A stretch of 64,000 nt of DNA from Escherichia coli (GTDB taxonomy: Bacteria; Pseudomonadota; Gammaproteobacteria; Enterobacterales; Enterobacteriaceae): NCBI RefSeq assembly GCF_009931435.1, contig NZ_CP043414.1; one strand, written 5' to 3'. Positions 42,028 to 55,957 of the stretch are shown in pieces (position 1 is the first letter of the stretch; every line of letters begins with the position of its first letter). The notes beneath the pieces were generated by a model that saw only the letters and a list, made by a program, of their open reading frames with translations, was not told where the DNA came from and made no database searches. The position numbers and the translations under genes are program-made.

Positions 42028-43542
42028 TCATGGGTTTATTGCGTCCCTGAAGATGACGTCGCTGACCATCTCTCCTCCAAGAAAATCGATCAACATATTC
42101 GAGTTTTCAAGGTCTTCTCTGGTCAATGCCCCGATTGCTTGTCCAACTACTACCTCCCAAGGTTTTTTACACTCAACAATAGCACAGACGAGTTGGCGGA
42201 TTTTCTTGATCTTCTTGTGACGCAATCGGTCGTTCGATTCCATTAGTTCTGCAATCAACGCTATGTCGGAGTGTGTTTGATTATCCTCAACCCATTTTTT
42301 GGCTGCGTCTACAAATTCCACCCATGTAACATTCATTACTGCAAGGCATGAATCAGTCAAAAGAACATTTTCGATAGCGTAGCATCGTAAGCGATAGCGT
42401 TTAAGAGGTAGGCGATGTTCAAGCGACTTGTTGATTACACCATCGCCATCACGAAGGGAAAAGGCGATTGGATTGTCATAGAGTGTACTAAGGAGGTCTA
42501 CGCAAAAATCCTCAAGTTGACTCTGTTGATCTACGCTACCTGCTAGTACGGGAAAGATTTTTATTCGACCCTGTGATGTTCTGGCCGCTTGTTGCCAGAC
42601 TCGTTCGTCGTCCTCTCCTTCCAAAATTAATGCAGCGTCTTCGCTAAGAGAAAGCGATAGGGGGTGCCCGAAGAATGGTGCAATCTTTCGAAGTTCATCG
42701 CTGGCCGGTATCAATGAGATTTCATTTACTGCAAAGCTCTTCGTGCCGATTGATACATATGGGGAGGCGGCAAGAGAACAGACGAGCGGGGAACTATGGG
42801 TGGATAAGCATATGGCAATACTGTTCGCGTGTGTTCTAAATTCGTCGAGCATACTGATTATCAGCTTGCCCAGTCTAGCTTGGAGGTCGGGGTGCAGATG
42901 TACATCAGGCTCATCGAGGAGGAGTACGTTGAATTTCTCCGGATCTATTGTGTCGAAGAAATAGATGATTTCCGCGGCTAATGCAACCGCTTCCGATTCA
43001 CCGCTACTGATTTGGGCCGGATCAATAATCTGACCATCTACAAGTGATCGAAACTCATAATCGACATTACCCATCTCGAGCGAAATGTTAGTGAGAAGCT
43101 GATTAATTTTACTTAATCGGTCTGTCTGAAAGTTTCGCGTTAGATCAGTTCGAATTTCCGGAGTATTGGCAAGTCGACGTAAGTAAAGCGTCTCGGCCTC
43201 GCGAAATAGCATAGCCGATGCAGCTTTGAAGTTGCTTGCCTGATTAACTGCCCGAGTGTGCCTCAGCCATTCGGGGTTGTCGCTCATATTTGTGAGGACG
43301 GTGCCATCACGCTTGAACGATCCTGCTCGCTCTGGACTTACATACCGGACATAAAATTGCTGCTTGTTCTGGCTGATTGTTTGTTCGATATCGCGAAGGA
43401 AACGACTTTTTCCCGCACCGTTTCGGCCCATAATTATGTTGATGTTGTTTAAGCCGTAAAGTCGGCCAATTTGGCTAGATAACTCGCTTACTTTCAAGAT
43501 TGTAACTCCATTTCTTGTTGCCACATACGGTAACAAATACAC
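42028..43542 (-). CDS. OLD-family-like ATPase-nuclease (ABC-type ATPase fused to TOPRIM-like domain); accessory gene
   Basis: 504-aa ORF with GTG start at 43542; Walker A GRNGAGKS (43405-43428), ABC-signature-like ISSGES, Walker B/D-loop VLLLDEPDVHLHP, H-loop STHS; C-terminal TOPRIM-like LILEGEDDE (~42610-42630) and RDGDG (~42440-42454). Confidence 0.75.
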   Translation of the reverse strand: MYLLPYVATRNGVTILKVSELSSQIGRLYGLNNINIIMGRNGAGKSRFLRDIEQTISQNKQQFYVRYVSPERAGSFKRDGTVLTNMSDNPEWLRHTRAVNQASNFKAASAMLFREAETLYLRRLANTPEIRTDLTRNFQTDRLSKINQLLTNISLEMGNVDYEFRSLVDGQIIDPAQISSGESEAVALAAEIIYFFDTIDPEKFNVLLLDEPDVHLHPDLQARLGKLIISMLDEFRTHANSIAICLSTHSSPLVCSLAASPYVSIGTKSFAVNEISLIPASDELRKIAPFFGHPLSLSLSEDAALILEGEDDERVWQQAARTSQGRIKIFPVLAGSVDQQSQLEDFCVDLLSTLYDNPIAFSLRDGDGVINKSLEHRLPLKRYRLRCYAIENVLLTDSCLAVMNVTWVEFVDAAKKWVEDNQTHSDIALIAELMESNDRLRHKKIKKIRQLVCAIVECKKPWEVVVGQAIGALTREDLENSNMLIDFLGGEMVSDVIFRDAINP

Positions 43543-43573
43543 TAACTGAATAGGTGCGTTGATGCCTCATTTT

Positions 43574-43606
43574 GTTCACATCTATGTTGAAATTAGTGAT
43601 GTGAAC
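43574..43606. promoter_or_regulatory. 9-bp perfect inverted repeat (gttcacatc N15 gatgtgaac) upstream of the ATPase gene: candidate operator
   Basis: Read directly: gttcacatc at 43574-43582 and gatgtgaac at 43598-43606, 32-64 nt upstream of the GTG start at 43542. Confidence 0.35.
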
Positions 43607-43802
43607 GAGCTAAGGACTCTATTAGGAGTAGAGCGGCCATATTGTTCGTCTGAACAGCCTGTAGACAGCTCTATTATTGAGACATGGTATTTTTCGTGGT
43701 ATCTGCTAAGTAGTTTGTTTCAAGGCATTGATTTATTTATATTTTATTTTCTCATTGATAGCTGAGTGGGAATGATTTGATCCCTGCACTATGAATTAGC
43801 AA

Positions 43803-43835
43803 AACCCTCTGTTACTACAGAGGGTTTTTTATACT
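43803..43835. terminator. Hairpin (aaaccctctgttactacagagggtttttt) downstream of yfgI at the right edge of the insertion
   Basis: 10-bp stem with T-run on the plus strand and TTTTGC on the minus strand; 34 nt beyond the yfgI stop. Confidence 0.5.
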
Positions 43836-43868
43836 CACGAATCATAGGATTGAAGTTACTGACATCGC

Positions 43869-44408
43869 TTAGTTAAACCAGCTGTCCGATTTGTTCTCTT
43901 CTGCTTTGCCCACGCTTTTCATCAGATCGCGACCGCCTTCAGTCATATTCCTGTTTGCGTCAGCTTCAGATTGCACCACATCGGTTTGCGCAGCTTTGTG
44001 CTTCAGTTCCTGATCGATAAATTCGTTTTCTCGCTTAACGCGGGCTTCTTCTTTCGCCAGCGCCAGTTTTTGTTTCTGAATCTCTAAGCTGCGTAGCTCA
44101 TCTTCATAACTTTGATCGCGTTTCTTGTCCGCAGTGGCTTCGGCGTCCAGTTTATCCTGACGAGCTTTCTTATTTGCCGCTGCCGTTGCCGCTCTTTTGT
44201 TAGCGGCGGCCTGGGCGTTTGCGCGACGTTGCTTCTCTTGCTGGATTTCCCTGTTGCGCTCCGCGACCCATTCGTCATGCTGCCTTTGCTCTTCATTTTT
44301 ACCTTGCTGTTCCGCTTCTGCGACAGCAGAGAGTTGATCCTGCAATGATGAGGCGATAGCCGGATAGCTTAAGGAGGCTAAGATGGCGCAAAGAAAAACT
44401 TTCTTCAT
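43869..44408 (-). CDS. yfgI: YfgI (secreted/periplasmic coiled-coil protein)
   Basis: 179-aa ORF with signal peptide MKKVFLCAILASLSYPAIA and charged low-complexity body; conserved position relative to yfgH. Confidence 0.8.
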   Translation of the reverse strand: MKKVFLCAILASLSYPAIASSLQDQLSAVAEAEQQGKNEEQRQHDEWVAERNREIQQEKQRRANAQAAANKRAATAAANKKARQDKLDAEATADKKRDQSYEDELRSLEIQKQKLALAKEEARVKRENEFIDQELKHKAAQTDVVQSEADANRNMTEGGRDLMKSVGKAEENKSDSWFN

Positions 44409-44423
44409 GACTCCTCCTGATTA

Positions 44424-44942
44424 TTAGCTCTTTTCAGGACATTTGGTATTTGGCTGAATACGCGTTTCGTTATACGTCGTGGTAATAACAACGGCTAAAC
44501 CTGTCGTAAACTGGCACTCTTTACCCACCTGGGTGGAGGTATACACTTTGGTGCCTTCCTTATACGTTAGAGAAACACCTTCCACTAAGGTTTTATCATT
44601 CACCATAGAACCTGCTGCCGCGCCAACAGCTCCGCCGCCAACTGCACCTGCCGTCGTTCCGGAATTGCTGCCAGACCCCACGTTGTGGCCGATAACACCG
44701 CCAGCGACTGCACCAATAAGCGCGCCGAAGGCTTGTGCGTTTCGTTTATTTTGGGAGTTGTCTACGGCAACTTTTGCGGGAAGAATGGAAATAATATTAA
44801 CGGTTTTAGTTTCTTGTTTGGTATTCAGTTGATCGGTTTGATAAACATCGGCGGCATGATCATCAGCATTTGACTGGCATCCTGCCAGAGTGAATGACGC
44901 TAACATTGCCACAGGCAGAAGACATTTTTTAAATTTCATCAC
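44424..44942 (-). CDS. yfgH: YfgH outer-membrane lipoprotein (glycine-zipper family)
   Basis: 172-aa ORF; lipobox LAGC; glycine-zipper GALIGAVAGGVIGHNVGSG...GAVGGGAVGAAAG. Confidence 0.8.
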   Translation of the reverse strand: MMKFKKCLLPVAMLASFTLAGCQSNADDHAADVYQTDQLNTKQETKTVNIISILPAKVAVDNSQNKRNAQAFGALIGAVAGGVIGHNVGSGSNSGTTAGAVGGGAVGAAAGSMVNDKTLVEGVSLTYKEGTKVYTSTQVGKECQFTTGLAVVITTTYNETRIQPNTKCPEKS

Positions 44943-45252
44943 TATTCCTTGTTATACACATTACGAAAAATAAGACATTTAAGATCATCAAAAGAGGAAA
45001 GTAAATGTATTGCGTATAAAGGAATAGATTAAATTTATTAAAATTCATGTGGAAAATAATTTATAAAAATACATCATTAAAACATATGTATTAATTTTAT
45101 ATTTATTTCGCAGCCAAACAGGATAAACATCAGTCAGGACAAAGACGTAAAATTTAAGATGAAAGAATATCTGCCGCTTTGATAATCTCAAAGAGCAACT
45201 GCATCCGACAGCGAGGTGCCGTTATGTTCAGTGAAGGTGGAGAAGGTAACCG

Positions 45253-45444
45253 CTAACGTTGTACCGGTGATTCGACGGAGAGTGTGGATTGTTGAGCTTC
45301 TTTTTTGCTCTGATGGTGCTGCCAGGCACCGACGGACGAGTAGATAAAGCGGCCAAAGAAGAAGATAAAGCTGATGAGCAGTACGATACGGGTCATGCGA
45401 CTGTTAAATCGGTGTCGTTTTCGCATACTGGTTGCCTGACTCAC
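45253..45444 (-). CDS. yfgG: YfgG small membrane protein
   Basis: 63-aa ORF with one hydrophobic helix (IVLLISFIFFFGRFIY); conserved position between yfgH and pdeF. Confidence 0.65.
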   Translation of the reverse strand: MSQATSMRKRHRFNSRMTRIVLLISFIFFFGRFIYSSVGAWQHHQSKKEAQQSTLSVESPVQR

Positions 45445-45795
45445 AAAAGGTTCCTTGAAGTATGTCCCACGCCGTGGACGGTACTTACATTAAGGCACAA
45501 CAGGACAAAATGGTCAATTCTTCGTTATGTAAAAAAGCGTCAGTGGATACATATTTTAATGTTATGGAAGTTAATTTAATTATTTACAATGATGATGTAA
45601 TAATGATGAATTAACATGATAAACGTAATAATTCATTAATCAGGGTTATTTTGTTTGATATATATCAATTGGAACTTTCATATGACACTTAGAATCAATG
45701 CTCTCTATAGTGATGAATAATCATCATTCGAAGTCAGGTGGGATGCCTGTCTGAATACACCTCCTTCACGATGTGGGGGATTCTGCTGAGCATCT

Positions 45796-48039
45796 ATGAA
45801 ACTGAATGCAACCTATATAAAAATACGTGATAAATGGTGGGGGCTTCCGCTGTTCCTGCCTTCTTTCATCTTGCCCATTTTCGCCCATATTAATACTTTC
45901 GCGCATATTTCTTCCGGTGAGGTTTTTCTCTTTTACCTGCCTTTGGCACTGATGATCAGCATGATGATGTTTTTCAGCTGGGCGGCATTGCCAGGGATCG
46001 CCTTAGGGATTTTTGTCCGCAAATATGCAGAGCTGGGTATTTACGAAACGCTCTCATTAACAGCTAATTTTATTATCATTATCATTCTCTGTTGGGGCGG
46101 TTACAGGGTCTTTACTCCCCGGCGTAACAACGTTTCACATGGTGATACCCGTTTAATTGCCCAGCGTATATTCTGGCAGATTGTATTTCCTGCAACGCTG
46201 TTTCTAATACTTTTCCAATTTGCTGCGTTTGTTGGATTACTGGCGAGCAGAGAAAATCTGGTCGGCGTCATGCCTTTTAACCTCGGGACCTTAATCAATT
46301 ATCAGGCCTTACTGGTGGGCAATCTGATTGGTGTTCCGCTGTGCTACTTCATCATTCGGGTGGTGCGAAATCCGTTTTATTTACGCAGCTATTATTCGCA
46401 ATTAAAACAGCAAGTTGATGTCAAAGTCACCAAAAAAGAGTTCGCGCTCTGGCTACTGGCATTAGGTGCGTTGTTGTTGCTGTTATGCATGCCGTTAAAT
46501 GAAAAAAGCACGATTTTCAGCACCAATTATACCTTGTCATTATTGCTACCCCTGATGATGTGGGGAGCCATGCGCTATGGTTATAAGTTGATTTCGCTGC
46601 TCTGGGCGGTCGTGCTGATGATCAGCATCCACAGCTATCAAAATTACATTCCCATTTATCCTGGCTATACCACGCAACTGACCATAACCTCCTCCAGTTA
46701 TCTGGTATTCTCTTTTATTGTCAATTATATGGTTGTACTGGCAACCCGTCAGCGAGCGGTAGTCAGACGCATTCAGCGGCTTGCGTATGTGGACCCGGTG
46801 GTTCATCTGCCAAATGTTCGCGCCCTGAATCGCGCGTTGCGTGATGCCCCCTGGTCTGCGCTTTGTTATTTACGCATCCCCGGCATGGAAATGCTGGTTA
46901 AGAACTATGGCATCATGCTACGGATTCAATACAAGCAAAAACTTTCTCACTGGCTGTCACCATTGCTGGAACCGGGTGAAGATGTTTATCAGCTTTCGGG
47001 TAACGATCTCGCGCTGCGACTGAATACAGAATCGCACCAGGAGCGCATTACCGCACTGGATAGCCATCTCAAGCAATTTCGTTTCTTTTGGGATGGAATG
47101 CCGATGCAACCGCAGATTGGCGTCAGTTACTGCTATGTGCGCTCGCCAGTGAATCATATCTACTTACTGCTGGGAGAGCTAAATACGGTCGCCGAACTTT
47201 CCATCGTGACCAACGCCCCGGAAAATATGCAGCGTCGCGGGGCAATGTATTTGCAACGCGAATTGAAAGATAAAGTCGCGATGATGAATCGGCTACAGCA
47301 GGCGCTGGAACACAACCATTTTTTCCTGATGGCCCAGCCGATTACCGGTATGCGTGGTGATGTCTACCATGAGATCCTTCTGCGCATGAAAGGTGATAAT
47401 GATGAACTGATCAGCCCCGACAGCTTCTTGCCGGTCGCGCACGAATTTGGTTTATCGTCGAGTATCGACATGTGGGTCATTGAGCATACGCTGCAATTTA
47501 TGGCTGAAAACAGAGCGAAGATGCCCGCTCACCGTTTTGCGATTAATCTGTCGCCAACCTCGGTATGTCAGGCTCGTTTTCCCGTTGAAGTCAGTCAGCT
47601 GCTGGCTAAATACCAGATTGAAGCGTGGCAACTTATTTTTGAAGTCACCGAAAGTAATGCGCTGACCAATGTTAAGCAGGCGCAAATCACCTTGCAGCAT
47701 CTTCAGGAATTAGGCTGCCAGATTGCGATTGATGATTTCGGCACCGGCTACGCCAGCTATGCGCGGCTTAAAAATGTGAATGCCGATCTCCTTAAAATTG
47801 ACGGCAGTTTTATCCGCAATATTGTGTCAAATAGTCTGGATTACCAGATAGTGGCGTCGATTTGTCACCTGGCGCGAATGAAGAAAATGCTGGTAGTGGC
47901 AGAGTACGTTGAAAACGAAGAGATCCGCGAGGCGGTGCTTTCTTTAGGGATAGATTATATGCAGGGTTATCTTATTGGTAAGCCGCAACCGTTAATTGAT
48001 ACGCTGAATGAAATCGAACCCATTCGCGAAAGTGCCTGA
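45796..48039 (+). CDS. pdeF: Cyclic-di-GMP phosphodiesterase PdeF (YfgF): MASE1 membrane domain, degenerate GGDEF, EAL
   Basis: 747-aa ORF; multi-TM N-terminus; no intact GG(D/E)EF (SGNDL at expected place); EAL-domain motifs EVTES and DDFGTGYAS. Confidence 0.85.
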   Translation: MKLNATYIKIRDKWWGLPLFLPSFILPIFAHINTFAHISSGEVFLFYLPLALMISMMMFFSWAALPGIALGIFVRKYAELGIYETLSLTANFIIIIILCWGGYRVFTPRRNNVSHGDTRLIAQRIFWQIVFPATLFLILFQFAAFVGLLASRENLVGVMPFNLGTLINYQALLVGNLIGVPLCYFIIRVVRNPFYLRSYYSQLKQQVDVKVTKKEFALWLLALGALLLLLCMPLNEKSTIFSTNYTLSLLLPLMMWGAMRYGYKLISLLWAVVLMISIHSYQNYIPIYPGYTTQLTITSSSYLVFSFIVNYMVVLATRQRAVVRRIQRLAYVDPVVHLPNVRALNRALRDAPWSALCYLRIPGMEMLVKNYGIMLRIQYKQKLSHWLSPLLEPGEDVYQLSGNDLALRLNTESHQERITALDSHLKQFRFFWDGMPMQPQIGVSYCYVRSPVNHIYLLLGELNTVAELSIVTNAPENMQRRGAMYLQRELKDKVAMMNRLQQALEHNHFFLMAQPITGMRGDVYHEILLRMKGDNDELISPDSFLPVAHEFGLSSSIDMWVIEHTLQFMAENRAKMPAHRFAINLSPTSVCQARFPVEVSQLLAKYQIEAWQLIFEVTESNALTNVKQAQITLQHLQELGCQIAIDDFGTGYASYARLKNVNADLLKIDGSFIRNIVSNSLDYQIVASICHLARMKKMLVVAEYVENEEIREAVLSLGIDYMQGYLIGKPQPLIDTLNEIEPIRESA

Positions 48040-48046
48040 ACAGCGA

Positions 48047-48069
48047 GGGCCGACATTTCTCGTCGGCCC
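48047..48069. terminator. Hairpin between convergent pdeF and ppx (gggccgac atttctc gtcggccc)
   Basis: 8-bp GC stem in the 38-nt gap between convergent stops; no strong T-run. Confidence 0.35.
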
Positions 48070-48077
48070 GCAAAGCA

Positions 48078-51690
<3,613 letters not shown>

Positions 51691-51819
51691 TACCACTTTT
51701 ACTCCGTTTTATTCACGGGACACTGCCTGGATATTATGGCGAGCAATATTGGCAGATGTCCAACTATGCCAGAAAAGGGGGAAAAAAACTGCTGGAGCTT
51801 GCGATTTACAGGTGAATTG

Positions 51820-51848
51820 AAAAACGCCAGCGGCAGAGCTGGCGCTTT
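51820..51848 (-). terminator. purN rho-independent terminator (minus strand: gcgccagctctgccgctggcg then tttttcaattc)
   Basis: Hairpin plus T-tract 15-40 nt downstream of purN stop. Confidence 0.55.
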
Positions 51849-51861
51849 AACTACGGGGGCA

Positions 51862-52499
51862 TTACTCGTCGGCAGCGTAGCCCTGCGGCGGCAGACGTTG
51901 ACCATCCAGCCACGCGGCGTTTTCGTGCATTTTCAGACGACCATCGGCAAACCAGCTAATCACCAGTGGATAAATAGCGTGTTCCTGGGTTTGCACGCGG
52001 GCGGTGATGTCATCCTCCGTATCACCAGCAAATACCGGGACTTTCGCCTGTAAAATAACCGGGCCACCGTCCAGTTCATCGGTGACGAAATGCACCGATG
52101 TACCGTGCTCTTCATCGCCATTTTCCAGCGCCTGACGATGGGTGTGTAATCCGGGATATTTCGGCAGCAGAGAAGGGTGAATGTTCAGCAAACGCCCGGC
52201 ATAGTGGGAGACAAACGCCGGGCTGAGAATGCGCATAAAACCAGCCAGCACGACCACATCGGGTGCGTACATGTCGATTTCATGAATCAACTCCCGGTCA
52301 TAGGCTTCACGACTGTCAAACGCGCTGGCGATGAGCGTATGCGTTGCAATACCCGCCTGGCGGGCGCGTTCAAGGCCGAACGCGTCGGCCTTATTGCTGA
52401 AAACTGCCCGTACGGTGCCTTTAATTTTATTGGTTTTGCAGGAGTCAATAATTGCCTGCAAATTACTTCCGTTGCCGGAAATAAGCACCACAATATTCA

Positions 52500-52500
<1 letters not shown>
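51862..52500 (-). CDS. purN: Phosphoribosylglycinamide formyltransferase
   Basis: 212-aa ORF MNIVVLISGNGSNLQAIIDSC...; start overlaps purM stop (TAATG). Confidence 0.95.
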
Positions 52501-53555
<1,055 letters not shown>

Positions 53556-53600
53556 TTACTTGCGGTAGAAAAATAAAATTCGGCGCAATTCTAACAGGGA

Positions 53601-53616
53601 AAGCAAACGTTTGCGA
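53601..53616. promoter_or_regulatory. PurR operator (pur box) aagcaaacgtttgcga in the purM control region
   Basis: Near-perfect match to the palindromic pur-box core GCAAACGTTTGC, about 65 nt upstream of the purM start. Confidence 0.7.
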
Positions 53617-53861
53617 GACTGCTTTACACAACCTTTTTGCACGTCTTTTCCCCAGGCGCGCGGCGAAAGAATACTTGTACCAGGGCAAAGGATCGTTTTC
53701 GGATGGAATAATCTTCTTCCATAACCATTTGAATACAAAATAACTTTATCTCAAACCGTTATCATTTTGACTAAAGTCAACGAAAATAATATTGCCGCCT
53801 TGAAGAAAGGAGGTATAATCCGTCGATTTTTTTTGTGGCTGCCCCTCAAAGGAGAAAGAGT

Positions 53862-54488
53862 ATGAAGATCGTGGAAGTCAAACACCCACTCGTCAAACAC
53901 AAGCTGGGACTGATGCGTGAGCAAGATATCAGCACCAAGCGCTTTCGCGAACTCGCTTCCGAAGTGGGTAGCCTGCTGACTTACGAAGCGACCGCCGACC
54001 TCGAAACGGAAAAAGTAACTATCGAAGGCTGGAACGGCCCGGTAGAAATCGACCAGATCAAAGGTAAGAAAATTACCGTGGTGCCAATTTTACGTGCCGG
54101 TCTGGGGATGATGGACGGTGTGCTGGAAAACGTTCCGAGCGCGCGCATCAGCGTCGTCGGTATGTACCGTAATGAAGAAACGCTGGAGCCGGTACCGTAC
54201 TTCCAGAAACTGGTTTCTAACATCGATGAGCGTATGGCGCTGATCGTTGACCCAATGCTGGCAACCGGTGGTTCCGTTATCGCGACCATCGACCTGCTGA
54301 AAAAAGCGGGCTGCAGCAGCATCAAAGTTCTGGTGCTGGTAGCTGCGCCAGAAGGTATCGCAGCGCTGGAAAAAGCGCACCCGGACGTCGAACTGTATAC
54401 TGCATCGATTGACCAGGGACTGAACGAGCACGGATACATTATTCCGGGCCTCGGCGATGCCGGTGACAAAATCTTTGGTACGAAATAA
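53862..54488 (+). CDS. upp: Uracil phosphoribosyltransferase
   Basis: ORF 53835-54488; ATG at 53862 gives [20 protein letters not shown]... (208 aa). Confidence 0.95.
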
Positions 54489-54504
54489 AGAATAAAAATT
54501 ATTA

Positions 54505-54534
54505 AAGCCGACTTTAAGAGTCGGCTTTTTTTTG
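54505..54534 (+). terminator. Hairpin plus T-tract after upp (gccgactttaagagtcggc then tttttttt), upp-uraA attenuator/terminator
   Basis: Perfect stem and 8-T run 17 nt after upp stop. Confidence 0.7.
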
Positions 54535-54573
54535 AGTAAAGCGCCTATAACACATAATACAGAGGAATATACT

Positions 54574-55863
54574 ATGACGCGCCGTGCTATCGGGGTGAGT
54601 GAAAGACCGCCACTTTTACAAACAATCCCGCTTAGTTTGCAACATTTGTTCGCCATGTTTGGTGCAACCGTCCTGGTGCCCGTCTTATTTCATATTAACC
54701 CGGCGACTGTACTGTTATTCAATGGTATCGGGACGCTGCTGTATCTCTTCATCTGTAAAGGGAAAATCCCGGCTTATCTTGGTTCCAGCTTTGCCTTTAT
54801 TTCACCGGTATTGTTACTGTTGCCGTTAGGGTATGAAGTCGCGCTGGGCGGCTTTATTATGTGCGGCGTGCTGTTCTGCCTGGTTTCTTTTATCGTGAAG
54901 AAAGCGGGGACCGGCTGGCTGGACGTGCTGTTTCCACCTGCGGCAATGGGCGCAATCGTTGCCGTCATCGGTCTGGAGTTGGCGGGCGTAGCTGCCGGTA
55001 TGGCAGGTTTACTCCCGGCTGAAGGGCAAACGCCAGACTCCAAAACCATCATCATCTCCATTACCACGCTGGCAGTCACGGTTTTAGGTTCCGTGCTGTT
55101 TCGTGGTTTCCTGGCAATTATCCCGATTTTAATTGGCGTGCTGGTGGGCTACGCGCTCTCTTTCGCAATGGGAATTGTCGATACTACGCCGATTATTAAT
55201 GCTCACTGGTTTGCGCTGCCAACTCTCTATACGCCGCGCTTCGAGTGGTTTGCCATTCTGACTATTCTGCCAGCGGCGTTAGTGGTTATTGCCGAACACG
55301 TAGGGCACCTGGTGGTAACGGCTAATATCGTCAAAAAAGATCTGCTGCGCGATCCAGGTCTGCACCGTTCGATGTTTGCTAACGGCTTGTCGACCGTGAT
55401 CTCCGGCTTCTTTGGCTCCACGCCAAATACTACCTACGGGGAAAACATTGGCGTGATGGCGATCACCCGTGTTTACAGTACCTGGGTTATCGGCGGGGCG
55501 GCGATTTTCGCTATCCTGCTTTCCTGCGTCGGTAAACTGGCTGCTGCTATCCAGATGATCCCATTGCCGGTGATGGGCGGCGTTTCGCTGCTGCTTTATG
55601 GTGTTATCGGTGCTTCCGGTATTCGTGTTTTGATCGAATCGAAAGTGGATTACAACAAAGCACAGAACCTGATCCTGACTTCTGTCATTTTGATCATCGG
55701 TGTCAGTGGCGCGAAGGTAAACATCGGCGCGGCGGAGCTGAAAGGTATGGCGCTGGCGACCATCGTCGGTATCGGCTTAAGTTTGATCTTCAAACTGATT
55801 AGTGTGCTGCGCCCTGAAGAAGTGGTGCTGGACGCAGAAGACGCGGATATAACAGACAAATAA
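54574..55863 (+). CDS. uraA: Uracil:proton symporter
   Basis: ORF 54532-55863; ATG at 54574 gives [20 protein letters not shown]... (429 aa); polytopic NCS2-family membrane protein. Confidence 0.95.
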   Translation: MTRRAIGVSERPPLLQTIPLSLQHLFAMFGATVLVPVLFHINPATVLLFNGIGTLLYLFICKGKIPAYLGSSFAFISPVLLLLPLGYEVALGGFIMCGVLFCLVSFIVKKAGTGWLDVLFPPAAMGAIVAVIGLELAGVAAGMAGLLPAEGQTPDSKTIIISITTLAVTVLGSVLFRGFLAIIPILIGVLVGYALSFAMGIVDTTPIINAHWFALPTLYTPRFEWFAILTILPAALVVIAEHVGHLVVTANIVKKDLLRDPGLHRSMFANGLSTVISGFFGSTPNTTYGENIGVMAITRVYSTWVIGGAAIFAILLSCVGKLAAAIQMIPLPVMGGVSLLLYGVIGASGIRVLIESKVDYNKAQNLILTSVILIIGVSGAKVNIGAAELKGMALATIVGIGLSLIFKLISVLRPEEVVLDAEDADITDK

Positions 55864-55957
55864 TGTACCGACCGGGCAGTGTTGCTGCCCGGTTCAAACA
55901 TCATGGGATTCTGTGGTAAACTTCTCGCGATTTTGTGAAATCCTGGTTGAGGTATCT

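Noticed and set aside
43559-43765. 68-aa plus-strand ORF in the intergenic region upstream of the OLD-like gene
   Set aside because: No RBS, odd composition; more likely promoter/operator DNA for the divergent ATPase gene
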